This document shows, in pieces, positions 46,311-56,218 of a DNA stretch of 64,000 bases. Below the pieces are notes generated by a model, which had not been told where the DNA came from, did not search any database, and worked only from the letters and a program-made list of their open reading frames with translations. Positions within the stretch are counted from its first letter, which is position 1. Every line of letters begins with the position of its first letter. A program made the position numbers and the translations under genes. The stretch is from a virus (taxonomy: Duplodnaviria > Caudoviricetes): the IMG/VR virus record IMGVR_UViG_2926647115_000001; one strand, written 5' to 3'.

Positions 46311-47025
46311 GGCGGGTCTCCTCGGTGTCGGTGGTGGCGGGCCCGGACAGGGCGGCGATGACGGCCTCGATGTTGACCAGCTCGGGTCCGGACACCAGTT
46401 GCTCGCGCATCTCGCGGGCGCGGGCGAGCGCCTTCTCGATGCTGGCGTAGAGGTCGCGAGTCTTCGCCTGGGCCTCGTCTCGTTGGTGGCGATAATCGCG
46501 GGCCGCGAGAACGGCCCGCTCGAACCAATCGCGGGGCACCTGGTCCTGTCCGTCGGCCGGCAGACCAGCAGCGGGGATCGCGTCGGCAGCGTCGCGCAGG
46601 AGCCGGACGACGGTCGCCCGGAGGTTGCTGCCGAACGGGCGGTAGAAGCTCTCCAGCCTGTCAGCGGCGTCGCGCAGGAAGTCCGCGTCCGCCTCGTCCT
46701 TGTTGATGCCCTCAGGGCCATACGGGACGTGCGGACGGGGGACGGTGATCACGTCTCTGCACGGGGCCTGGCGGGCGGAGGCGTCAGGATGCTCGGTCAG
46801 CTTGGCCACGATCTGCCCAGCCACCTCGTCTGGCGTCCACGAGCCCTCCAGCTCGCGCAGCACCTCGGCGACCAGGGCGCGCGAGTTCGCGGGCATCGTG
46901 GGCTGCAGCCGCAGCCGGTCGCTGAGCCGCCAGATGACGCCCTGGAGCCGCTCGATCGTCTGCTCGGGCTGCTCAGTCTTGTCGCGGTCGGGTCGGTCTT
47001 GTGGGGTGGCGGCCTCGGTGGTCAC
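46303..47025 (-). CDS. Hypothetical protein
   Basis: Coupled ORF. Confidence 0.55.
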   Translation of the reverse strand: MTTEAATPQDRPDRDKTEQPEQTIERLQGVIWRLSDRLRLQPTMPANSRALVAEVLRELEGSWTPDEVAGQIVAKLTEHPDASARQAPCRDVITVPRPHVPYGPEGINKDEADADFLRDAADRLESFYRPFGSNLRATVVRLLRDAADAIPAAGLPADGQDQVPRDWFERAVLAARDYRHQRDEAQAKTRDLYASIEKALARAREMREQLVSGPELVNIEAVIAALSGPATTDTEETRRG

Positions 47026-47028
47026 AGG

Positions 47029-47355
47029 TCAGGCCTCCCCGAGGGCGACGGCCAGCGGCGCGGACAACGCCTTCATGCCGGTAACCATGAGGCCGGGGAA
47101 GTCGCGGCGGGCGGTCTCCACGCAGCTGGAGCACGGGGTGTGCACCATGCCGGGCCCGGTGACTCCGCCGCCGACGGACCAGCCGGGTGCGTCCGGCGCG
47201 AAGCGGTCGATGCCGCACAGGGTCGGGCCCGGAGTGCCGCGCTCGGTGCCGCGCACGAGGTGCACGAGGTCGTCGACCGGTGTGGCGTCGAAGAGGCCGC
47301 CCCAGGCGAACTGGAGCGTCGTCAGGTGCGTGATGGGCTGTTCGGCGGTGGTCAC
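47029..47355 (-). CDS. Hypothetical protein flanked by direct repeats
   Basis: TPGPTLCGIDRF; repeats at 47016 and 47346. Confidence 0.55.
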   Translation of the reverse strand: MTTAEQPITHLTTLQFAWGGLFDATPVDDLVHLVRGTERGTPGPTLCGIDRFAPDAPGWSVGGGVTGPGMVHTPCSSCVETARRDFPGLMVTGMKALSAPLAVALGEA

Positions 47356-47358
47356 AGG

Positions 47359-47844
47359 TCATGCCTCTCCGCGCTCGGCACGGGCACGGGCGACCTCGGC
47401 TGCGTAGTCCACCGTGACCTCGACGAGCGGGCCGAAGTTGCCGTTGTCCCACTCCTCGCCGTCGTCGTCGAACGAGTCCGGGTGCACGTCGCCGTTCTGG
47501 TCCATCACCTTGACACCGGCGGGGATGGTGTCGCCGTTGAAGAACACGCGCGGCTTCCGGGCGTGGTCGTCCTGGGCGGCGCCGTCGAGGAGGTCTGCGA
47601 TCTTGCGGGCCAGGGCGGCGCTGATGTCGACGCCGTTCGGGTCGTAGGCGTGGTTGATGCGGATCTCGATCTCCGCGCCCTCACCCGCGCCCGGTTCGTG
47701 CTCGGCAAGGACGTACCAGCCCTCGGGGATGTTCTCGCTGGGCTCGTCCGGGTACGGCGTGCCGGGCTCGACGTGGGTGGGGATGAACCGCTCGGGCAGA
47801 TGCTCGCGGTCGAGGTCGGTCACGGTGGTCTCCTTGGTGGTCAT
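47359..47844 (-). CDS. Hypothetical protein
   Basis: GGAG RBS; acidic. Confidence 0.55.
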   Translation of the reverse strand: MTTKETTVTDLDREHLPERFIPTHVEPGTPYPDEPSENIPEGWYVLAEHEPGAGEGAEIEIRINHAYDPNGVDISAALARKIADLLDGAAQDDHARKPRVFFNGDTIPAGVKVMDQNGDVHPDSFDDDGEEWDNGNFGPLVEVTVDYAAEVARARAERGEA

Positions 47845-48091
47845 GGGTTCTCCAGGAGTGGGGTTCGGCGAAGGGTCAGAAGAGGGTGAGCGGTTCGGGT
47901 TCGGCGGCGGCCTCGGTGAGTTCACCGCGTTGGGCGAGGAGCAAGTCCCACATGACGATCCGGCCGCCCTTCGGGGTGGGGAACCAGAAGTGGCCGTACT
48001 CGCTGCGGTACCAGGTGTGGCCGGTGCGGTCGCTGACGGCGCGGACATGTTTGGGGGGGTGGGTCGCCGGCGGTCCAGGTGCGGGGCGCTG

Positions 48092-48571
48092 TCATGGGAT
48101 GCGCACTCCGCGGTGGGCGAGGGACGTCACGAGGTCGGTGAGCGGGATGGTGGCGTGGTTGCCGCGGCGGCCGGAGCTGGTGCGTGTCCAGTCGACGGTG
48201 ATGCCGGGCATGGCGCGGCCGTTGTCGTCGCGGGGGATCCAGCCGTGGATGCGCCAGGTGAGGCCGTCCCGGTCGGTGGTGGCGTGGAAGCACACGTCGG
48301 AGGGGCGGCGTTCGACGTGAATGGTGGTGACGTCGAGCGCGCGGCACCAGCGGACGAATTCCGCGGTGTCGGGCGGGAAGAGCCCGAGTTCCGGCAGGAC
48401 GGGTCGGGTGTAGTCCTCGGTCTTGGGGTCCCAGCGTTTCGCGCCGGGCTGGGCGGGCTTGATGTGTGTGGTGCGGAGCTGGAGGTGGTGTTCGCGCGCG
48501 ACCGCGTCGAGGGTGGCCATGGCGTGCATGACCTCGGTGGTGTGCGTGTCCAGCAGGGCGGTAGTCGTCAT
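48092..48571 (-). CDS. Hypothetical protein
   Basis: GGAGG RBS. Confidence 0.55.
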   Translation of the reverse strand: MTTTALLDTHTTEVMHAMATLDAVAREHHLQLRTTHIKPAQPGAKRWDPKTEDYTRPVLPELGLFPPDTAEFVRWCRALDVTTIHVERRPSDVCFHATTDRDGLTWRIHGWIPRDDNGRAMPGITVDWTRTSSGRRGNHATIPLTDLVTSLAHRGVRIP

Positions 48572-48900
48572 GCGGGTCGGGCCTCCGGCGTGATGGCGGG
48601 TTGGGTGAAGGCGGAGCGGGGGTTGCGGACGAGTTCGAGCGCGCGCCGCAGCGGGACGAAATGGTCGCGAGCTTCGACCCAGGGGGCGCTGGCGATCCGG
48701 ACGATGGGCTGGCCGCTGGTGGCGGTGATGAACAGGTGGCGCTTGTACTGGGGTTCGGGCCACTGCCGTGGTGACACCCACCCCGGTGTCGGCAGTGTTT
48801 CGGTCCAGCGCACGGTGTTGCCGTCGAGGACGGTCCAGGCGTCGGTGTTGGCGGCGGCGCGGAGCGCGGTGTGGAACTCGTCGCGGATGCGGGACGGCAT
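48568..48900 (-). CDS. Hypothetical protein
   Basis: GGGGAG RBS. Confidence 0.55.
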   Translation of the reverse strand: MPSRIRDEFHTALRAAANTDAWTVLDGNTVRWTETLPTPGWVSPRQWPEPQYKRHLFITATSGQPIVRIASAPWVEARDHFVPLRRALELVRNPRSAFTQPAITPEARPA

Positions 48901-48956
48901 GGTCTCTCCCCCAGGATCTGGAGCCCCCGGCTGGGTGCCGGGGGCGGGCTGCTGGT

Positions 48957-49160
48957 TCAGCAGCCGTGGAACACGGTCAGCTCGGTTCCCCAGGGGAACG
49001 AGAGCGCCCGGACGGCGCCGTCGTGGGCGCGGACGGCCACCACGCGCTCCACCTGGTCGCCGAGGTAGAGGGTGGAGAAGTGCTCCACCACCCCTTCGTC
49101 GAGCTGCATGCCGATCAGCAGCGACTGGACGGGGACCTCGGTGGTGGTGATGGTGGCCAT
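48957..49160 (-). CDS. Small hypothetical protein
   Basis: AGGAGG RBS; first gene after the 49199 promoter. Confidence 0.6.
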   Translation of the reverse strand: MATITTTEVPVQSLLIGMQLDEGVVEHFSTLYLGDQVERVVAVRAHDGAVRALSFPWGTELTVFHGC

Positions 49161-49322
49161 GGGGGCCTCCTTTGTGGTTGGGGTGGTTGGATACCTCGAA
49201 CCTTACACAAGTTGCGCAACTGACGCAACAGTTCAAGCCCCCACCGTGCTCCAGAGCACCTCAAACCGGGTCCCGAAGCGTCACCGTTGGCACACTCCGG
49301 CAAGTTGTGTAAGGTTGGGCGC

Positions 49323-49805
49323 ATGACAGCGCAACAGGGCATCGCCGAGATCAGCGCACAGGAACTCCGTACCCGCAAGGCCGGCAGCGACGAGTCCGCC
49401 TGGTCCGACGTGCTCAACGACGCCGAGATCCGCAACACCGCCACCTACGTGCGGCGGCGCGGACGGCTGATGATGCTCGCGCTGAACCCGACCACCTACG
49501 CCCGACTCTCCGGCCTCGTCGACGGCGCGAACGCTCCGGCTCCACAGCGGATCGTGTCTCCGCCGCGCCCGGTGAACGGCAGCGAGCGGCTGGACCTCTC
49601 GCACATCACCGACCCGAACGCGCGGGTCATCATGGACTCGCGGCTGGCGTTCCGGGAGCTGGCGCAGATCCAGCCGCGCGTGGAGAACGGCTGGCATGTG
49701 ACGGTGGTGCGGTGGGATCGCCCGGCCGCGGTGTTCGTGCCGCCGTCATGGGCGCCGCAGCACGCCCTGGAGGCCGCGTTGGAGATGGCCCACTCGGGGG
49801 ACTAA
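49323..49805 (+). CDS. Tandem Phd/YefM-like domain protein (orphan antitoxin-like regulator)
   Basis: EISAQELR..TYVRRRGRLMMLALNP and MDSRLAFREL..HVTVVRWDRPAAVFVP; leaderless after TAAGGT. Confidence 0.6.
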   Translation: MTAQQGIAEISAQELRTRKAGSDESAWSDVLNDAEIRNTATYVRRRGRLMMLALNPTTYARLSGLVDGANAPAPQRIVSPPRPVNGSERLDLSHITDPNARVIMDSRLAFRELAQIQPRVENGWHVTVVRWDRPAAVFVPPSWAPQHALEAALEMAHSGD

Positions 49806-50055
49806 CCCTCAAGTTCGTAACACCCGGGCGCGCCTGTTGCGATACCCCGACCGTGAGCAGGTCGAGGGGAACCACATGGCAGTCACAACGCACCAACTGG
49901 CGACCAACAGCGCAACCCGTGCGCACCGCCGCCGACCGCACGCCCTGTCCCGGATGTCACAAGCCTGTCCGCTACTACGACAACCGGCCGGAAACCCACC
50001 TCACCCCGAAAGACCGGCGCGGCCGGCGCGCCAACTGCCCAGGCCGCGCCGCTGC

Positions 50056-50631
50056 CTAGCGGGCGAACCACTCGAACCGCTCGTGCGCGCGTGACGGCGT
50101 CGGCCCGGCCTGCCCCTGGTACCGCGAGCCCGCCTCCGCCGACCCGTACGGGTGCTCGGCCGGGGACTCCAGCCGGAACAGGCACAGCTGCCCCACCTTC
50201 ATGCCCGGCCACAGAGCGATTGGCAGGTTCGCCACATTCGACAGCTCCAGCGTGATGGTGCCGGTGAACCCGGGGTCGATGAACCCGGCCGTCGAGTGCG
50301 TCAGCAGCCCGAGCCGCCCGAGTGACGACTTGCCTTCCAGCCGCCCGGCGAGGTCATCGGGCAGGGCGAACCGCTCGAACGTCGAAGCCAGCACGAACTC
50401 CCCGGGGTGCAGCATGAACGGCTCCCCCACTTCCGGCTCGACCAGTGTGGTCAGCTCGTCCTGGTGCTCGGCCGGGTCGATGTGCGAGTACCGGTGGTTG
50501 TTGAACACCCGGAACCCGCGATCCAGGCGCACGTCGATGCTGGCAGGCTGGAGCATCGCGGTATCCCAGGGCTCGACCCCGAATCGGCCGGCTGCGAGTT
50601 CTTTGCGGAGGTCGCGGTCGCTGAGCAGCAC
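50056..50631 (-). CDS. dcd: dCTP deaminase
   Basis: [32 protein letters not shown]. Confidence 0.95.
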   Translation of the reverse strand: MLLSDRDLRKELAAGRFGVEPWDTAMLQPASIDVRLDRGFRVFNNHRYSHIDPAEHQDELTTLVEPEVGEPFMLHPGEFVLASTFERFALPDDLAGRLEGKSSLGRLGLLTHSTAGFIDPGFTGTITLELSNVANLPIALWPGMKVGQLCLFRLESPAEHPYGSAEAGSRYQGQAGPTPSRAHERFEWFAR

Positions 50632-50993
50632 CCGGACACGATACGCGGGGGCGATCCGGCTTGCGTCCGCCCTTCGGTCGTCAGCGGAACACTACGAGCG
50701 GAGTAGCGATCGCGTTCTCACACCCGGGTGTGTGCGCGCGGCCGTAGCGGGCGGGCCCGATGTGCGGGCGGAGAGCTTCCAGGGCGGCACAGTGTTCCGG
50801 GGAGCCAGAGCCGTGGGCTTCGCGGGCGGCGGTGGCGGCGTCGTTGACGGTGCAGTACTCGCAGCGGGTGGCGGACACGGGCGCCTCCTCGGGCGTCGGG
50901 GCCCGGGCTGGTGCCCCCCGGGCCGGGGTCGGTTCGCTCGTGTCCTGGCGGTCGCCGGGGCTGCCCCGGTTGGGGCGGCCCCGGCCTTCGCGG

Positions 50994-51230
50994 TTAGGCG
51001 TGGCTGTTGCGGTGCTTGTCGGCCTCGTACTTGGCGAACGTCAGGGTCGGCTCGATGAAGTACTTGTTGGTGAGGCGTTCACCGCCCGGCAGGTAGACGG
51101 CCCAGCCGCGGCCTTCCCGGCGGATCTGGTAGCCCTCGTAGTTTTCGTAGGTGTTGCGATCTTTGCGGACCCATGCGCCGGTCTGGAGGTCGTGGCGGTG
51201 CTGGTTGTTCTGGGCGACCGTGGGGTGCAT
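50994..51230 (-). CDS. Small hypothetical protein
   Basis: GAGGAGG RBS downstream of a GGGTATAGTC promoter. Confidence 0.55.
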   Translation of the reverse strand: MHPTVAQNNQHRHDLQTGAWVRKDRNTYENYEGYQIRREGRGWAVYLPGGERLTNKYFIEPTLTFAKYEADKHRNSHA

Positions 51231-51367
51231 GGTTCCTCCTCGTTTCCCCTGCTCTCTGTTAACGACTATACCCCAGAGGGTGGGGTGGGACCACAACTCC
51301 GCAGGTGCTCCCCAGCACAGCAGTCGGGGCGGCAGCAACCGCCACCGCCCCGCTCACCCATCCGCCT

Positions 51368-51900
51368 CTACGCGGCCGCGCCCCCCGCCGATCGCGCCCA
51401 CGCCGCCACCGTCGCGAAGTCCTCGTCGACCAGCCCGACCTTCGCTGACACCTCGTGCAGCAGGGTCGGCGTCCCGGCCCGCGCCCGCTCGAACCCCTCC
51501 CGCGGCTTCGGGTACTCGCCGAAGTCGTCATCCAGCCACACCAGCGGCCGCCCTGCGCGTACTCGAGCACCGGCCCGAACTTCCACGATGGGCCGCGGCC
51601 CTTCTCGACGTCGATCACCGGCAGCGCGGGCAGCCCGATCCGCGGGCCGATCCAGGTGTTCGCGTCGTGCTCCCACGTGGTGCACCACACCAGTTCGTAG
51701 CCGGTCTGCGCGGCGAGCGCGAGCAGCCGCGCCCCGTGGTCGGGGTGCAGCCACACCCGCAGCGCGTCCGGCCCGTCCCACGACCGCGGGTTCATCCGGT
51801 GCTTGCGGTACCCGGCCCGCAACCGGGGCTTGTTCGTGCCGGCGAAGGGGTTCAGGGGGCCATCGACGTCGAGCAGGAGCAGGCCCGTGGCCATGCGCAT
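51368..51900 (-). pseudogene. HAD phosphatase (Swiss-army-knife RNA repair type), apparent 1-nt frameshift at about 51552
   Basis: LLDVDGPLN, VWCTTWE, WK..V, then GRPLVWLDD in another frame. Confidence 0.75.
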
Positions 51901-51911
51901 GTCCTTCCTGA

Positions 51912-52364
51912 TCAGAACGGGGGCTCGTCGGTGAACTGGCCGGCCGGTGCCGGGGCCGAGCCCCACGGTTCGTCGCTCGCCGCGGCTCCGCCGCTGCCGC
52001 GGCTGACCTTGTTCACCTTCGCGGTGGCGTAGCGCAGGGAGGGGCCGATCTCGTCGACCTCCAGTTCCACCACGGTGCGTTTCTCGCCTTCCTTGGTCTC
52101 GAACGACCGCTGCTTGAGGCGGCCCTGCACGATCACCCGCGTGCCCCGGGTCAGGGACTCGGCGACGTTCTCGGCGGCCTGCCGCCACAGGTTGCAGCGC
52201 AGGAACAGCGCCTCGCCGTCCTTCCACTCCCCCGTGGCTTTGTCGAAGGTGCGCGGGGTGGACGCCACGGTGAAGTTCGCGACGGCCGCGCCCGACGGCG
52301 TGAACCGCAACTCGGGATCGCTCGTGAGGTTCCCGACGACGGTGATGACGGTGTCTCCAGCCAT
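51912..52364 (-). CDS. ssb: Single-stranded DNA-binding protein
   Basis: [35 protein letters not shown]. Confidence 0.95.
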   Translation of the reverse strand: MAGDTVITVVGNLTSDPELRFTPSGAAVANFTVASTPRTFDKATGEWKDGEALFLRCNLWRQAAENVAESLTRGTRVIVQGRLKQRSFETKEGEKRTVVELEVDEIGPSLRYATAKVNKVSRGSGGAAASDEPWGSAPAPAGQFTDEPPF

Positions 52365-52467
52365 GTTGCCTCGCTCTCTCGTTCGCGCTCGTGCGTATCG
52401 TCCCGCCCGCCACCGACGATTTCTGTGGTGTGCCGTCCCGGCGCAGGGGGCCGGGACGGCACACCAT

Positions 52468-52878
52468 TCAGTGGGTCGGCTTGTGCTCCTCGACGTAGTC
52501 CCGCATGAGCTGCAGCAGCTCGACGCCAGTGGGCAGGTCGGTGTACCCGGCACGCTTCACGTGCTGCCTGCACTCCTCGGTGTCCCCGCAATCGCAGGTG
52601 AAGTTGCTGGGCCCGCTGTCCCATTCATCCAGCGCCCCACCGTCGAACGTAGCGGAGTCGATGACCCAGCGGCCATCGACGAACCGCACGTACACGTGGA
52701 GACCGTTATCGATGATGTGGTCGCCGGTGGGTGCGTTGCGCAGCACCCAGTTGTCGCCATCGAGCCACATGAGGTCTTGGCCGCAGCCACGGCAGGGTTT
52801 GATGCGGTCAAAGCGGTCAGGGTCGTCGTCGGGCCGGTGGCCTTCGGTGGCGCAGCGCGGTTCGGTGGCGGTCACCAC
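52468..52878 (-). CDS. Hypothetical protein
   Basis: Coupled ORF. Confidence 0.5.
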   Translation of the reverse strand: MVTATEPRCATEGHRPDDDPDRFDRIKPCRGCGQDLMWLDGDNWVLRNAPTGDHIIDNGLHVYVRFVDGRWVIDSATFDGGALDEWDSGPSNFTCDCGDTEECRQHVKRAGYTDLPTGVELLQLMRDYVEEHKPTH

Positions 52879-53153
52879 TGCACCTCCGCGAGGTGCTTCG
52901 CGAGCCCGGCCGCGATGGTTTCGATGACGGCGAAGCGGGTGTGCAAGGGCTGGTCGATGGTGGCGAGCTGTCCGTCGGCGGCGAAGGAGATGCGGTACCC
53001 GCTGGGGGTGATCGCGACGGTGACGCCGGTGGGGTGGTTGAGGATCGCGTTGTCCTCGTTGGGCCGGGTGAATCCGTGTTCGCGGAGGAGGGCGTCGAGC
53101 GCTTGGGCGGCGGCCTCGACGGCTTCGCCGAGGAGCGGGTGCGTGGACTGCAC
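52872..53153 (-). CDS. Hypothetical protein
   Basis: AAGGA RBS; GTG start. Confidence 0.5.
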   Translation of the reverse strand: MQSTHPLLGEAVEAAAQALDALLREHGFTRPNEDNAILNHPTGVTVAITPSGYRISFAADGQLATIDQPLHTRFAVIETIAAGLAKHLAEVQW

Positions 53154-53208
53154 GGGCTGTTCCTTTCCGGTCGGGCGCGGTGGTGGCCGCGCCCGACCTG
53201 GTTGGGGG

Positions 53209-53775
53209 TTAGGCGTTGCGGGGGGTTTTGACGGATGCGCGGTAGATGCCGTCGCTGACGGTGTCGTACCGGCCGTACTGGTAGGGGCCGCCGCGCAGCT
53301 GCTCGTGCTCGGGCGCGTCGGCGGGGAGGCCGGACTTGCGGGCGACGAGGGCGCGCAGTTCCTCGCGGAACTCTGGCGAGATGCGGCGTTGGCGGTTGAT
53401 GTAGTCGGAGAGGAACTGGACCAGCTCGGCGTTGGCGCAGCAGCGGGAGTCGTGGACACCGTTGCGATCGCGGCTGTCGGCGCCGTAGGTCTCGGCGACG
53501 CGGGCGCCGTGCTCGGGGCAGTACCAGGAGCTGGCGTTGTAGGCGCAGTCGGTGCGGCCGTCGAACCGCTCGCCGGCGAACGCGCCGGTGATCTGCTGGA
53601 CCTGGTCCTCGGTGGGGCCGTCGGTCCAGGTGATGTCGACGGAGGCGCCGCCGCTGTAGCGGCTGGTTCGGACGGAGAACTTGACGCCGGGGAACGTGGC
53701 CTTGAGGTGCTTGCGGATGAGCTTCGCGGCTTCGGCGCTGTCGATGTAGCGGGCCGGTGCGGCGGTGGTCTCCAT
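53209..53775 (-). CDS. LPD29 (polyvalent-protein) domain protein
   Basis: AKLIRKHLKATFPGVKFSVR..YSGGAS.DI.WTDGP. Confidence 0.75.
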   Translation of the reverse strand: METTAAPARYIDSAEAAKLIRKHLKATFPGVKFSVRTSRYSGGASVDITWTDGPTEDQVQQITGAFAGERFDGRTDCAYNASSWYCPEHGARVAETYGADSRDRNGVHDSRCCANAELVQFLSDYINRQRRISPEFREELRALVARKSGLPADAPEHEQLRGGPYQYGRYDTVSDGIYRASVKTPRNA

Positions 53776-53979
53776 GGTGTTTCCCCCTTCGGTCGGTGTC
53801 CGTCCTGACGTAAATGACTATACCCCTACTGTTGGGGATCGCAACACCGTGTCCGCGTGCTCAGCAGCACACCCGTAACGCCTCTGATCAGCAAAGATTC
53901 CCCGCAGGCCCTCTAGCCTGTTGCGACTCTTGTGGGTATAGTCGTTTACATCGCAACCGCAACACCCGAGGGGGACACC

Positions 53980-54465
53980 GTGGAAACCATCACCGCGCCG
54001 ATCAACATCGACAAGCTCCAAGCCGCCTACGACGAGGCCGTCGCCACCACCGACCGCCTCCAGAACGAGGAAGCCGCCGCCCTCGACCGCCTGGACACCC
54101 GCGAAGCCGCGCGGCTCCACGTGCTGGCAGCCGCCTCCCGCGCCGGCTCCAACTTCCTGGCCGCGCTGATCCAGCTCGACCGGTTCCGCAGCGCCGAGCG
54201 CCTGGAGTGGAAGCGGCACACCGTGTTCCAGCCGCACCGCGTGGACGACGGCAACCTGATCGCCCACCTGCCCGGCGGCGGCGAGCCGCTGTCGTTCCCG
54301 CTGGACTCCACCCTTCCGACCGAGCGCTACGACTCGCCGGTCGTGATCGACCCCGGCATGGGTGTTGTGCCCGTGGACGCCGCGAGCCTGGACGACCTGC
54401 ACGGCGCGGTGCGCGCCTGGGCGCGGGTGTTCATCGGCCGTGACGACATCGAGTTCCCCGCCTGA
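53980..54465 (+). CDS. Hypothetical protein
   Basis: GAGGGG RBS after a GGGTATAGTC promoter. Confidence 0.55.
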   Translation: METITAPINIDKLQAAYDEAVATTDRLQNEEAAALDRLDTREAARLHVLAAASRAGSNFLAALIQLDRFRSAERLEWKRHTVFQPHRVDDGNLIAHLPGGGEPLSFPLDSTLPTERYDSPVVIDPGMGVVPVDAASLDDLHGAVRAWARVFIGRDDIEFPA

Positions 54466-54738
54466 TCCACCTCTCCCCCCGATCCCCGGGGGCCCGCCTG
54501 TTGTCGCCCACTCCCGGCGGGCCCCCGGACCCACCACACCACCCCAAGGAGACCCCCATGTCCGACAACCCGTGGCGCGACGACGTCGACAGCGAGCCCG
54601 TTGACCCCGACTTCGACCGGCGAGTGCTCGACCGACTGCGCGACCAGGAAAGCCGCTGACCGCCCGGCCCGCCCCGTGACCACACCGGGGCGGGCCGGGA
54701 CACCACCACCTCAACCCGCGACAGGAAGGAACCCCGCG

Positions 54739-55194
54739 ATGTCCGACGAGATCGGGCGCTTGGATCACCTCGGGATCAACGTGGTCGTCTACGAGCGGCC
54801 GGACGGCAAGATCCAGGTCACCGTGGACACCTCCGGCCGCCCGGAGCAGGAGGACGACCCGCGCGTCGGGCCGATCAACCTGCGGGTGTCCCTCAATGAC
54901 GGGGACCTGTGGGACAACGGCCCCGTGGACCACGCCGTGATGGAGCTGGCCGAGCCCCAGGCGTTGCCGCTGGTGCGCATCGAGACCGGCGGCAACCTGG
55001 TGTGCCCCCGCTGCGGCGAGGTCAACCGCATCGTCGAGTTCGACCAAGCGTGCCGGATCAACACGCTGTCCGTCGAGGACGGCGCGGTGAAGGCCACGAC
55101 CGGTCAGGGCGACTGGGACCACGACCACTTCGCCTGCCAGGCATGCGGAAAGCGCGTCGAGCTCCCCGATGGCGTCGAGATCCACCACTCCTGA
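54739..55194 (+). CDS. Zn-ribbon hypothetical protein
   Basis: CPRC..CQAC. Confidence 0.55.
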   Translation: MSDEIGRLDHLGINVVVYERPDGKIQVTVDTSGRPEQEDDPRVGPINLRVSLNDGDLWDNGPVDHAVMELAEPQALPLVRIETGGNLVCPRCGEVNRIVEFDQACRINTLSVEDGAVKATTGQGDWDHDHFACQACGKRVELPDGVEIHHS

Positions 55195-55227
55195 CCGCAC
55201 CGAAACGACACCGCGAACGGGGAAACG

Positions 55228-56139
55228 ATGAGCATCACGATCACGCACACCTACGCCGACGGCACCCTGCTGGACGGCACGAGCCGGGAGCAGGGCCGCC
55301 GGGGAGAACCGGTCCGGGCGGTGCTTGACCGCCACGGGTGGCGGTGGGGCCGCACCATCGGGTGCTGGTATCAGCGCAACAGCCGCGACCGGCCCGCCGA
55401 TCCCGGGCGGATCGAGGCCACCGCGCGGGAGCTGCGGTCGCTGGGGCTCGAGGTCACGGTGGAGGTGGACAACACCCCGCGCGACATGGCGGCGGCTGAG
55501 GCTGACCGCGCCGAGCGCATGGAGGACCGGGCGGCCGCGTTGCAGGCGAAGGCGTCCCGGCGCGCCAACGCAGCGGCGGCGCGCGAGGCTGCCGCGAGCC
55601 GGGTGCTGGACGGCATCCCGATGGGTCAGCCGTTGCTGGTGGACCACTACAGCTACCGCGCCGACCGGAACCGGCGGGAGCGGGCGTTCAGCAACCTGGA
55701 CAAGGCCTTGAAGCTGTCGCGAGAGGCTGATCACCACGCCGAGCGCGCCGCGACGGCGGCCCGCCACATGGACCACCGGTACAACCCGGTGACGGTGGCC
55801 AACCGGATCGTGGACCTGGAGGCCAAGTTGCGGCGCCGTTCGCTCAACGAGGAGTACCGGGCGAAGTACGAGAACGAGCTGGCCTACTGGCGCGGGGTGC
55901 GGGAGCAGCAGATCGCCGCCGGTGAGGTGGTCGAGTACGGGCCGCACAACGTCGCCGTGGACGGCTGGGTGAAGGGCTGGGCCGGGTCCGGCTGGTTCCG
56001 GGTGGTGCGGGTCAACAAGACCACGGTCACGCTCGCCACGACGCGCAGCGCGATCGATGAGACGAAGTGGCTGACCAACACGCTGCCCTATCACCGCATC
56101 ACGGGGTACCGGGCGCCCGAGGAGGTGGAGGCACGGTGA
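55228..56139 (+). CDS. DUF3560 domain protein
   Basis: IPMGQPLLVDHYS..R..RER; LEAKLRR. Confidence 0.8.
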   Translation: MSITITHTYADGTLLDGTSREQGRRGEPVRAVLDRHGWRWGRTIGCWYQRNSRDRPADPGRIEATARELRSLGLEVTVEVDNTPRDMAAAEADRAERMEDRAAALQAKASRRANAAAAREAAASRVLDGIPMGQPLLVDHYSYRADRNRRERAFSNLDKALKLSREADHHAERAATAARHMDHRYNPVTVANRIVDLEAKLRRRSLNEEYRAKYENELAYWRGVREQQIAAGEVVEYGPHNVAVDGWVKGWAGSGWFRVVRVNKTTVTLATTRSAIDETKWLTNTLPYHRITGYRAPEEVEAR

Positions 56140-56218
56140 TCACGACCGACTTGCCCGGCGGGTTCGACCAGGGGTTCTTCGGGGAGCGGGAGGGGTTCAC
56201 CCTTCCGCCGGTGTTCTG

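Noticed and set aside
43541-51900. Frameshifts in whiB-3 (two), the ORF at about 47876-48095 and the HAD gene as programmed frameshifting or phase variation
   Set aside because: All are single-base indels in short G/C runs within otherwise intact genes; sequencing or assembly error is more parsimonious. Read re-mapping is needed.
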